A DNA stretch of 64,000 nt, from contig NC_068985.1 of NCBI RefSeq assembly GCF_001194135.2, positions 23,327,660-23,391,659 on the forward strand, given 5' to 3'. This document shows positions 23,221 through 36,310 of this stretch, one piece after another (position 1 is the first letter of the stretch; every line of letters begins with the position of its first letter). The position numbers and the translations under genes are program-made. Source of the stretch: Octopus bimaculoides. Taxonomy: Eukaryota. The notes under the pieces were generated by a model. That model made no database searches. It saw only the letters and a list, made by a program, of their open reading frames with translations, and was not told where the DNA came from.

Positions 23221-26200
23221 AGGACATCTCTGCTGAGAGAAGGAGAGAAACTGAGAGAAGTGGTTGTGTGCCAAGTGAAAGGTTGGAGTATGGTACAGGG
23301 TCAGGGAAACTTAACCAGAGTGTCACTAGAAGTGTAAAAAAATGATATTCAAATTACCGAACATCAATTTTGTTATTTAAATAGTTAATCTGATTCTTTG
23401 CTGTAATGATAATTCTTTTTTTTATCTCTATGTGAAATAGTTCAGAACAGTGTAGTGTGGAATCTGTTTGTTGGGTTCTCTTCTCTATTGTATGTTTATA
23501 GATGCTATTATCCAATGACAAGCTGGATTAGCAAATTTGTATCATTCATTCAGAGGAATCTGTCTATCTTACAGTGAACATCAGAATTGTCTACTAACCA
23601 TAATCACTGTATTTTTACCATCAACTGCTTTTTTTTTTTCTTTTTCTCTTTGCCTTCACTGAAGCAATTTTATTAACTCACACACCTGTGTTGAATTATG
23701 AGCTCTACTCCGAAATTTATTGCTGTAGTATGATTGAAAAGAAAAAAGACAATACCAAAAAGTAATGTTCTTGTTTACTTCCAAAATTAAGCTACACCAA
23801 ACATGCTCTAGTACTTTGAAGATGACTTTAGGAAGTGAACGTGCTGTAAGCTATAAACCACAACGTTGTAACCAAGTTGGGTAGATGTCAGCATGTAGGA
23901 TCATCACAAGATTTTTCTCTTTTTACAGGTTTTGAATTATGACCTTGATCAAGGAATTTAACTCTATTTCTGTTACTCTCCTAACTAGGAATAAAGTTAT
24001 AAAACAAACTTAATGATGGCATGCATCATGTTCTTAGAATTTATTGATGAATGAATCAAGTGAAGTTGAATGTCAATTACATTGAGAATATCTGTGAGGA
24101 AGGATCATTAGGAGGTTTATTTTCTCTGAAACTAGTCCTGTTTATCCAGTTTGTTTTATTAACTAGTGTTATTCCCTCCCTCTTCGTATGTATCTCTTGT
24201 TTTGGCTCTAAATACAAATCATTAATGTAAGGACATTATAATTGTGTTTTTTTTAATGCATTATGTAATAGAGAGTCTAAATGGTAGTGTCTATAAGAGG
24301 ACACATAGAACAGGCTTCTTAGAGAGAAACTGTAGGAATGTCACCATTTGTTAGAAATGTTAAACATAATTTAATTATCACTCTTACTTCTATTTTAAGT
24401 CACATGACTGTATGATAACTAAAAAATATATCTTCGATATTATATAACTCATAAATGGTGAAGTATTATGCTAACTTTTTACTGCTGCTCACCTTTGCTT
24501 CTACTTCTGCTAGAATAATATTTTTTTGTATAAACCTGAATAAGACTGTTTTGATGTGGGATACACATGCCTTGTGTCATGATGCAAGACAACACTCTGC
24601 CTTTCATACTTCAGATTCACCGTTAAAGACTGGGCTTTTCATTGTAGTTTATTCATGATAAGCAAAATGGAAACTACTTATGTCAACCAAGACTGAAATC
24701 AAGACCTGTATTACCTTTGTTCTCAGTATATTTCTGTACACATGGAACCTGAGGTTACGTGCTTCAGACCAAAAACATTAGCTTGGTACTTTCCATTACC
24801 TTTGTCTGAATGCAATTCTTAAGTTTCCGTAGGATGAACTGCATTCCAGATATGCTCATCATCAAGATTTAGGACACTGAAAACATATGTATATATCACC
24901 ATCATTTAACATCCATTTTTCATGTTGGGATTGGTTGGATGGCTTGACAGGATCTGATGAGCTGCAGAGCTGTATTGGGATATATATATATATATATATA
25001 TATATAGCTGACATTGGAACCTGCTGCAGCCCTATGGTTTGGCAGATCCTGTGAGGATCTCTGTCTCTCTCTATATATAATGTGTGTGTGTGTTAGTATC
25101 TGATATTGAAACCCAATGCAACCCTGCAGCTCATCATATCCTGTCAAACAGTCTAACCCATGCCATTATGGAAAATAAATACCAAATTATACATTTCATG
25201 AGTATGTATATATCTGAGGGGCATTGAGTTGATTAAATGAAGTCCACAGGTCATCAATTCATATTTCACTGTAAGCATTTTGATTGTCAAAAGGACATTT
25301 TTTTGTTTTAGTTTAGTTTGAAAATAAATGCCAGGTCACTTGAGAAATTAATTTGAAATAGATTAATATCATATTCAAATGGATTTATTAATCAACTATT
25401 TATTGCAATAAAAACAGGTTTAGTACCATTTAATTTGTCTGAATCTTCCACAAGATAACTTGATGTGCATTCAATATATTTGCATTGTTATGAGATGTAC
25501 TGAAACAGTTTTAATGTTGTCAGAAAGGTGTTTCATAATTAGTATTTTATTAAACAATTCATATGTATTTTTGTACCCAATGTTATATCTGACTTTTATC
25601 TCTAAATTCAGTGTCTGTTGCAAAGAATTTGATGAATTTGATCTGATTTAAGCAAGGCAGCGAAGAATTAAATGTACTATGTTTACAGGAACGAAAACTC
25701 ACAAACATGTTAAATATGATGATGAACATATTGTGAACACATGGCATGGATTATTACATGTGGTTACAAAAAAATACAGGTAGATTAGAGAAAACTTGAA
25801 ATTTAAGTAATTAAAACTGATCTAAAATAAATAGAAGAGAAAGAATCGGCTTGATGAATGGAAGACAGAAGGAATTTATGTATGTTAAATTCATCTTGAC
25901 TTGGGACAGAAATTTAAAATTAGGAATGATGGAAATACCTCAAATTAGGGTAATTCTAAACTGGAATTTATAGTCAGTTCATTCATATATTGCCAATAAT
26001 TACATATAAATCAAATTGTTGTAGATGTGTTCTATTTTTTAGGTTATGTGGAAATTTATGTTCAGATGACCTTTTTCTTCTGTGCTTTTTAGTCTTTTAC
26101 CTTCTACTTAATTGTTACAATGGAGTCTTAAATTTGATGTTCTAAAAGAGGTAAGTTGAAGAATCAAGATTTTTATGAATATTTTCTTTTATTTTTTAAA

Positions 26201-28691
26201 ATCTATTGTATTATAAATTTATTAATATAGTTACAAGAAAAATGTCACAAAAGTGCTTAATAGCAGCAGTTAAGAAAAACATAAATGTAGCTATCATTAA
26301 AAATTACGACAAGTAAATTTAGCAAAAAGACAAGTATAAGCTAAAAGATATCTAATACTTGCAAAGGAAAGATCTGTTGAATTTTATCAACTATTTTGTC
26401 TCAAAATTTCTTACTGAACCATAAAAAATTTAATTTTAATATTGTTTCCATGTCAACAGATGCTGCATTTGTTGTGACATGAAGTTAAACAGTAGAATGA
26501 TGTATCTAGATTTTATTACATTAAGAAGTATAGAATATTTTAGAATTTCTAACACATTATGTATGCATTAGCTTCAGTTAATAGTGAGTAATTGGTAGCT
26601 TCATAATGTAAAAGTTATATTTTTTTCCTTACCAAATATTTACTTTCCGTAATGGTTCTGAAAACTCATTTAACCAAAATTTGTTCAAGGTTTTTTTTCT
26701 GTTTTTAGTTGAACATCTCTTGTTAATTAGTTTGTGACACTCGTGTTCAAGCAGACTTATGGCACAAATGTAAACAACTGAATGTTGAGAGGTGACCAGA
26801 GGTGTTAATTCATTACAGTAGTTTTTTTTTCTTTCTGTGCATTACATTTTGGAGCACATTTATTTTCAAAGTGTCTTGCATTTAATTCATTGTTTCACTT
26901 ACTTTTGTATGCCTAAGACAGTGAGATCAGGTGAGATGTGTAACTGTTATCCTTCAGAAAGTATTACCTGTTGTTGGGTAACTTTTAGCCTTAGCAAACT
27001 CATTGAATAGTAAATCTGCAATAGACGAGTAATAGGTAACGGCTTCATTATTGTTGTACCTGTTCTCTTTTTTTCTGTAATTGATTATTTCTTGCATGGC
27101 AGTTTTTCACTTGTTCTGACCGTTTGTTATCTCCTTTGTGAGGTTAGCTTTCACTATTTCTTCCTATGTCTTTCTCAGTCTTCCTTTTCCCCCAGATTCC
27201 TTCCATTTGGATTGCTTTCTATCATGTTTATGTACAGACATAAACATATGTCTGTACAAGTGCAACTAGTGTTGACTCTTTAATGATTTGTGCTTATGGA
27301 AGATAGAAAGTAAAAGTTAGCTGTATAGGCGTTTAAGTTTGGCAGCTATATAGTCCAGGCCGTCATTTTATTAATGAGTCAATGTACCAATGTGTTGGTC
27401 AAACCACTTTGTGACATGTATTGAGCATGCTTTTCAATTGAAATGAGTTTCTGGTTGAATCTGGTTGTTAAAGTCCTTTGTATTTGTAGTAAATATAAAC
27501 TAGAAAATGTTGTTGGTACATTCAATTGACTTGCTCTGATCAAACATGTCCATTGTGCAGATGTAGTTTATTGAAGGAGAATTGGGATAGTCAAATTATA
27601 ATGTCCTAACAATACTTTTATTCATATTTCGCTATCAACTTTTGTAGGATTAGAGATTAGTTATCAGTTATTCTAATTACCAATACCAAACCACTATAGT
27701 GCTTGCATAAGCCTGTCTAACTGATTATTTACTGGATATAATATGCTGTCTTAGAACTATGCTTTTTAGAACATGTATCACTAATATTTACTTGATTGCT
27801 TTAATTTCAAAGAATTTGAAAAAGTAGTTTGTTATAATGTTGCTTTTGCTGACTGATAAATTGAATGCTGTATAATTTTTTTTTTCTGTGTTTTCATATT
27901 GAAAAGTTTACTTGGTAGCATATTTGATTGTGATTAAAAAAAACTTGTCATATGAAAGGAATCATCTATGAATTTTTTGTAGCTCTATGCACCATGGATT
28001 TGCTTGATCAGGGCTGACCTGGGCTAAACAACATCTCTAAATACATACATGTAGTCTGATTTAATGAAAGAAGCATTACACAATTTCACTTGCTAAAATT
28101 AGCAGTTGATTCAAACTGAATCTTAGCTAACCTCAGGAAATCCCAGGATATAATGGACAATGTAGTTCCCAGTACATTATGCTTTAAAAACAATGACAGA
28201 ATGACCTTGGCTGGGAATTTAGTACAATTGAGTAGGTTAACACTAAAAAAAAAAAATCAAATAAGGAAAAATACTCTAAATAAAAAACTTGGACATACAC
28301 GAGGCATTGTTTATTGAAACAGTGTCAGCTCTTGCCTTTATGGTTACAGGTATAATCATCCCAAACACTTAGCTATGCTACAAAACCCCAGAACACTACA
28401 ACAGTATCCTTTAAACACTATCCTTCTCTCTCTGTCAAGACAAACATAGCGTACTGTGCACATACACACACAGCTTCAAATCTGTAACCTCACTCGCTTT
28501 AATCACTGTGTTAGGATATCCACCAACAACAATTGTTTCTGATATAGACAAATGACGTCGAATCTGGGGAAGGAGTTAGTTGATTAAATCAACTCCAGTA
28601 CTTGACTGGTACTTTATTTTATTATCAAAAAAATTTTATTGACTGGAGAGATGAAAGATAAAGTTAATCTTTGCAGGATTTAAATTCAGAA

Positions 28692-28904
28692 GACGGCCAG
28701 CTGGCAGAATCGTTAGCACGCTGGGTGAAATGCTTAGCGGTATTTCGTCTATCTTTACGTTCTGAGTTCAGATTCCGCTGAGGTCGACTTTGCCTTTCAT
28801 CCTTTCGGGGTTGATAAGGTAAGTACCAGTTGCGCACTGGAGTTGATCTAATTGACTGGCCTCCTCTCCCCAAATTTCAGGCCTTGTGCTTATAGTAGAA
28901 AGGA
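28692..28904 (+). mobile_element. tRNA-derived SINE, family C
   Basis: Head cagctggcagaatcgttagc and B-box-like gagttcagattcc; homologous to 21194-21417 and to partial copies near 19725, 28575 and 61900. Confidence 0.82.
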
Positions 28905-29099
28905 TTTAAACTCAAAACGTAAAGGACCAGAAGAAATACTGCAAGGCATTTTGTCTGATGCTCGAACAATTCTCCAAGTCCACCAGAGGACATCGACTGT
29001 CATGATCTGTGCCTATTTTGTCTATTTCTGTTATAGCTACTTCAAAATTTACTGTTAGCAAAAAACTGTGCAGATAGTGGAGGTGAGCAGAAACATGCT

Positions 29100-31460
29100 C
29101 AAATTGCATTTAGTACTTAGCACAATTCGGTCATGATACGTAAGCAACTACACCCACAGTTTGTTAGGATTTAATTGAAAATGAAATCGCGTTCAAAATT
29201 TAATTTAACCGATTACAAAAATGAAATTATGGAACAGTTGCTAATATGTTTAACAAGTTTCTTTTTAGCTGTATTGTGTATTATTGGTTGTCGGTCTTTA
29301 ATATTTAGAACAAAGTATATTCTTTAATGTAATTATATAATGTAATATAAACTAAAGTGTGTTGCATATGAAGATATGAATAATTATGATAGTGATGATG
29401 ATGTAGAGAAGTCTCTGTTGCCAAATATTTCATTGTATAATATTTTAATTGGCTCCAGTATATGCTTAAAAAAATCATTTTGTGAAAACCTGCCTACCGA
29501 TCAGTCACATTTGCTAGTAATATGACAAATGTTAATTGCAAGTTAGTTTAATTTACAGTGGCAAATGACATTTTAAACTTCAAAAGAGAGAAAGAGAACA
29601 TGTATACCAGATATGGCACCTTTTACTTTGTTTTCTTATGAGATCAAGTACTAGATATGGAAGTGGCAGATTTAATTATGTTAAACATTGTTGTAATATT
29701 TTTGTAAGAATTGATAAATTAACTTTCTGTACAGAATTCTGGACTAGAAATATGAAGTATATGAGAGTAATTTCTTCTTCAATGTTAGAAACCAGTGTCT
29801 TTCATTGGAACTGATGAGAAATAAATTAATAAAATAAATAAATAAAGGACGAAAGATAATTGAAAATATGCTAATGTGAACAATTATTAATTATGTTAAA
29901 GAGAGTGCGACCAAGTAAGTGTTGGAGGTTATAACCACGGAGGTGACTTGATTTTGATTCTGGTTCGAATTACTTCATTTTGCGTCACCTTGGCTGTTTT
30001 GGTGCATTTCAAATAACTATTTTTATTGTGGAAAAACAAGTCAATCTCTTAATTGCTTCTAATTTTAACTAGCGGACATATGTATAAGAATGATAGATTT
30101 CATTGATTAATATTTGAATTTGATTGACTCTACTTTATAAACGTTTTCAAAATATCTATTCACGAATAGTTGCAAGTAAGTATATTAATTTTTAATTTTG
30201 TTTACCGTGATACCAAAAGCAAATTAAAAAATAAAAATAAAATAAAAACTTTACAATAAAAATCCAAACGAAACCGTGAAGGGGAGATAATTCAAAATTA
30301 TGGGCCTTCATTTAATGTAATTTTCTTTTCTCCATTTCAACTTCCTCACGACGAACTAATTTATTCAGCCTTTTGTGCATCATATGTTCCGGTGCAGACC
30401 ATCAGTAGTTTTTTTCGGATTCTCTTGTTTCACTTTCAGTTTTGTTATATTTGCTTTGATACAATATATGAGAGTGTATTGGAGCAATGACGGTTGAGTC
30501 GAGAGAGTCATATTGGCTGCTTTAAATACACATGATCATCATGATTTTTTTTCAGTATTGTTTTAATTCTCAAGTTAAGCCTTTATATATATATATATAT
30601 AATTTTCAGTGGCATAATAATAGCTTTTAAATGGTTCGTATGATTACTATGAAATTATATTTTCTTCAAAATAATAAGTGAAAAATTGAATTGCAGTTTT
30701 TTTTTTAAATATACGATCAAATTTAAAATATAGTCGATAATTTGCAATGTATCTTTAGTAATTTTTGTTGTTTTATATTTGTGAGATAGTGTGCATGTGT
30801 TTCGTATATTAAAAAAAAAATTATGGTATTTTTTAACATATTAATGCGCATCAAAAAAAGAATGCAGCCTTACATCTTTCATTCCGAACTTTGAAATTAA
30901 AACAAGAGAAACCAGTATTATACGAATATTTGTAAGGGGAGGTGAATAGTCAACTTATCTCCCCTTGTCATTCATATTGGATAAGGTTTGAACTTAGAGC
31001 ATTGAAAGAAGAAAGCGCATACTGTAGTAATATTTAGAGTTTGGTACTCTGATTTGACGGCAAACTAAATAAATACATGTGTTCATGGAACAAGCGTTTG
31101 CCATCACAACGTGAAAGATATATCTCAGTAAACTGAGATTTAACCCATAAAACGCTGGGATTTGCACTTACATAGCTTGGACTGCTGAGCACATTTTATG
31201 AAAATGAGACTACCATGCACACAAAAAACAAAAAACAAAAAAATAGTTAAAATATCTTCTTAGAATATAATGGTGGCAAGTTTTACATCATCTGAAAAGT
31301 CATTAGTTGAACTGTTAGTCTTCTTGCATTCGGGGTGGGGTGGGTATCGGAGCGTTTGTGTGACATTAGACCCCAACAAACGCCCATATATTAAATGGCC
31401 TGTTGATCTGTGCCTGACGGCCACAATCGTGGTCCGTCGCGCTTTATGTGTTAATTATCG
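29100..31460. promoter_or_regulatory. Second CpG-retaining intronic zone; possible promoter or enhancer
   Basis: Elevated CG by eye, few recognisable repeats, ETS-like ttccgg near 30386, AAGGGGAGATAA motifs, and GTAAGT donors at 29915 and 30176. Confidence 0.35.
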
Positions 31461-34400
31461 CCTAAAACTTTGCCTACAATGCTACATTCATGTTAGTGTG
31501 CATGAGATTCTGTTTAAGATTTAAGCAGTTAAGTTGAATAAGTTTGAGTCAGGTTTTATTGAACTTATTACATCTATTATATTATTCTAAGACATTTAAA
31601 TAAATAAAAAAAAAACCCCAATTCTATGAAGTATATTTTAGATTTAATTGAAATAGTGTTGTAAAACTTCTGTTAAGTATTTTCAATATCTATGCTATTT
31701 ACTCCTTGCATTTTATAGATGTGTATTGTTGCTATACAGTTAAAATGTTTACAAAAACAGGGCTTGAAACGTGTGTAAACTTTATAAATGCTACATGCAT
31801 ATTACACCAAATGTACAGATGTCAGGCCCTGTTAAATTTTAAAGATCACATTAAATGTTTAAGATTATATTTACGTTATAGTTTTGCAAATTTCGAGAGA
31901 AGTTGATTAGACTGTGGACCCATTTAATAGCCACCTTGATCTTCAGACCTTCTTCAATTAAATAGAAGAGAGTTGATTTAAAGGAGCGCATCACATTAGA
32001 GTTTATAAATCCTGGAGAAAGTTCAAAGGACAAGCATCAATTAAGTCAAGATATGTTTGGAAGTAAATGGCTGCCAATTCAGACATTAATATAATCTAAA
32101 ATATATACAAAATTCTATGGGGCTAACTTTTGGTAGCGTGTGTGTGTGTGTGTCTGTTTTCCTACAGTTTCTTTACAGTAAAAAGATCATTGGAGCAGTG
32201 AATCCATACTTCAATGTTGTTAAACACCTATTATTTACAAGCACCGTGTATCCAACTTTTCACATACTGAAAGCAATGGACTGTAATGGTATTGGGGAAC
32301 ATCTTCTATTGTGAATAAAGGGATTTTCTCCTAATATGAAATTTAGGCTATACAATATTTTTGAGGCATGATGTTCTTGTCACTGAAGTCACAAAGTTTT
32401 TACTAAATGAAAATCAATAAGATGATTATAAATGGTTGATGTATATTAACTGATAAAGTGTTGTAGGCTGCTGGTTGATTGTAGTTGATGGAGAATAAAG
32501 CAGGTTATGAAAAATATTGTCTGGACAGATATTATGCTATAGAACCACCTAGTTTTGAGAAGAGGGAGAAAAAAATGTGGGGTACCTAAAATTCATGAAA
32601 AACCAAACCATCCTGACTTTAAAAATCCTTTCCACATAGTTTAAATTCTGATGGTTATAGCTTTCAGAAATAATTCAGTGTATGCTTAATGAATCTCTGC
32701 ATGTATAATTTGTGATGTAGGTGACATTGTATAACAGACATTTATGTCTACAAGAAATTTAAACCTATTTTGATGTCCAACAAAACTTTTTAATTCATGC
32801 TCAAGTTTCAAATTGATTTTACAAATTTTCCTTTTTATTATGTTAATTTCGAGTTATTTGTAACATTGAATATGATTTCTCACAGTCATATTCAATGTTG
32901 AATAAATTTGTGGTTTATTATTTAATTTCATTTATATTTATTACTTTTTCTTTAAGTTGACCTCCTGTAAAATCATAAACTGACAAAATATTTTGTTAGT
33001 TTAGGTTTACTGTGTCACAATAGCACTAATATTAGTCCTTATAAAGCAATGTTTTTGATTTATGATTTGTAGAAGGATATAAAGTTGTATCCTGAATCTT
33101 TATCTGGAACCATGTCATGATTTTAGCTCAACATTGTGGCTAATGAAACACTTGTTAGTTTACATTCTTGATGCTTAAAACTTTGAACTGTATCATCTAT
33201 AATAAATACAATTCAACAAGGCTCTTAAAGGTTAAGAATCATTGCCAGATTGAACATGTATTGCAATTAATATGATACCAATTCATTACTCAACCTATGA
33301 CAATGTAGCTGCTTGTTATTTGATTTTGTATAACTTTAGTGATTTGATACACCAAAATGTATTATGAATTATCAGAAATACAACAGTATTTATAAATGTG
33401 TTTTGTATTGCTGATAGTTTTATAATTCTCTCTCATAAAATTTAGGTTTGGGGATTTTATTTTTATATCAAATATTGTACATGAGAACATTTTACTTTGT
33501 GGAATATTTTCATATCTGTGTAAATGTTGTTTTCACCAAACCTAGGATCCAATATTTTTTTTAGCACACATATTTGAATAATGAGGTTAAGTTTAATATT
33601 GCATTAGTTAATTACACAAGCATACAACCTAACACATTTCTCAATGAACCAAACTATGGAGATATCTCATCAGTGAAGAATGAATGTCAAAGAAAAAGGT
33701 TCCAAGGACTGAAGCTTGTTTCATTTGCATGTCTTAATTTTTTTTTTTATTATTGGGTTAGAAACCTCATAGATCCCAACTCTTCTTCCTTTCCTAAATA
33801 AAATGTCAATCAACTGTGTTAATAGACTTGACCTTTCCACCAAATATAATTCTCTAATTTTTCAGCAGACCATCATAATAAAATGGAATGAAGTATAAGC
33901 TCTCTTCAACTGCTCCCTAACCCTCTTCAAATTTCTATTTTTAGGATATTTTTCAAGCTTAAGATCGTTTTCATCAGAATAAAATGTCAGTGATTTAGAA
34001 AGCACAATGGATAGAAATATTTATGTGAAAATGGAAATATGTACTTTTAAAAAATTTTCAGCCTATATGTTATGAACTTCTGATAGTGAAGTTGAAATCA
34101 GAATATGTTACATGTTGGTGTTTAAATTCTTCCTGAGATTTTGCTATGAATACCACTGTTTTGCATGTTTCTTCTATTTAAGTATCAAAGATCTTAATCT
34201 AATATGAAAGATCATTGTTACCAAGTTCAAGAAGGATATTATACAGACAAAAATGGCCAGTTGTCAGAATAAATGTCTTACAGTGTTTTGGTATGTCTCT
34301 TTTACAGTCAGTGTACTGAGAGTAATTCATTTGACTATATATCTCCACAAGCAAGACCTCTGTTCCTCTATCATACTTTAGTCTCTTATCACCTTGTATA

Positions 34401-34469
34401 AAGCCACCTCCCTCAATACTACTACCCTACCAGTTGAAGGGGTCTTGTCTTGCAAGTTAGTTGGTAACC

Positions 34470-34655
34470 TCACTAGTGCTGGTGCCATGTAAAAGGCATC
34501 CAGTACAATTTAAGTGGCTGGCATTAGGAAAGGCATTCAACTAGAAAAAAACCATGTCAAAGCAGACTTTAGAGTTTGGTGCAGTCCTCTGGATTGCCAC
34601 TCCCTTTTAAATCATTCAGCTTGGAAAACAGATGTTAAATGATGTTGATGATTAT
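34470..34655 (+). mobile_element. Family B repeat, diverged
   Basis: ggtgccatgtaaaaggcatcc...ggcattaggaaaggcattcaact...gatgttaaatgatgttgatg. Confidence 0.65.
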
Positions 34656-36099
34656 ATTTCTCACAAGCTTTGGATGTTTTGTTAATGTCAGAAATCTTTA
34701 GTAATAGGCAAATGACAGAAACCCCTGAACTGAATTCTTATGAAGCCAAAACCTGATGTGAATTTCTGACTGAAGTTATTTCCATTGACTATTCAGGAAA
34801 TGTCTGTGTTTGTTAACATTTGCACTTTTGAAAATCGCTGGGCTATGGGCACTGATGTTACTGTCATTTCCTTTGTCAATGGTTACTGGCCTTGTATCTT
34901 CAAAGATGTATGGAGTAAGATAAGCAACAGGAAGAGCATCTAGCTGTGAAACAATGTCTGAATAAGATATTCATCTAACCCATACTCGCATAGAGAAACA
35001 AACAAAACTGACCAACTTTAATGTTCTCTCTCTTAGATAAAGATGATGCTTTGGCTTTAAAAAATAGGATTTGGCTATAGAAGAAAGATCATGCTTTGTC
35101 TCCAATATATTGCTAGTGTTTAATTTATTCATCTCAAGGGGATGAAAAGAAAACCGAACCTTTGAGATGTGAAATTAAAAGCACCGCTTGAAATATAATA
35201 CTATAAAGCATTTTGCACACCCCATCTTGCTTCTTAACTGTTTTTCTGCATCATTTTAATGCCTCAGGTGTACAGAAGAGGAAGTATGATTGAGAAAATC
35301 TGAGTACAATGTGTTTTCTTTATTCCTTTTTAACTACTGGTTATAATTGGTTTTTCCAAACTCTACCCTTTTCTTTCTTTTTTTTTTTTTTGAAATAACA
35401 TCTCAAGGAAAAGAAACATGCTAAAATGTTTTATATATTTACTTTTTTTAATCACCTCTGTTATAAAACTGTTTACAAATAAAGACGTAATGAAGTGTGA
35501 GTAGTAATTTACTGTGTGGGACAAAACTGAAAACTTAAATTGACTATAAAAGATGGTTAGTTCATTTTCTCTCGGGTATTAACTCAAGGTCAGTTGTCAT
35601 TGGGCGGACCTGTAACTGAAGACATTCTATCCATGACCGTCTCATCTTTGTATATCCTTTTCAAACATAGAAGGATGGACTTAATTTTGTTGCTAGTAAA
35701 TTGAGTGAACATATACAGTATCCATTTTGATAGACTTTTTCCTCTCATGATTGCTTTGTAAACCTATTTATGTAAAGCCAGGAAGTCAATAGGGCTGTTT
35801 GATTATTGAGAGTAAACAAGCAGAAAAAATGGATATTCTAAAATAGCGTTTTAGTTATTTTAATTTTTTAGTACGAACAGGGCAGTATCCATGACTTTGG
35901 AAAGTTCCTCCAGGCTGGTTAGATCAATTTATTTTATGTTCAGTGTGTACTTGAGTTGGTCGTTGTAGTTTAACCCCACATCTACATGATTGAACATGCT
36001 TATGATGAAAGGTGTTCTAGCTATGTCCATCCTGTCTTTCTCAGATAATGCAGCTAAGATTACATAATCCGCTGTGATCTTCCGTTTTTGGATGATACA

Positions 36100-36310
36100 G
36101 CAGGATTTGATGGAGATTTAACAACTAGTTCGAGCAGGTAAAATTACTATGTAGAAGCTCTGTTTGGGAAAAAAAAAATCATGGGTGGAGAGGGAATTCC
36201 ACAGAACTGGTGGGTTTGTTTTGTGTAACAGTTTACAAAGGAGGAGAAGCATTAGATGGGTCTGGATAGAGGTGGTAAGCAGCTTGTTTTTTTTCAGACA
36301 AGCAGAAACC
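36100..36310 (-). mobile_element. LINE ORF2 C-terminal fragment
   Basis: Minus strand VLWNSLSTHDFF resembles the CR1-group terminal LWNSLP..VFP motif. Confidence 0.45.

Noticed and set aside
29037-29082. Cryptic exon with donor GAG|GTGAGC (46-nt version with a stop, or 9-nt microexon)
   Set aside because: The 9-nt version has a poor pyrimidine tract, and there is no independent support for either; such site pairs are common by chance.
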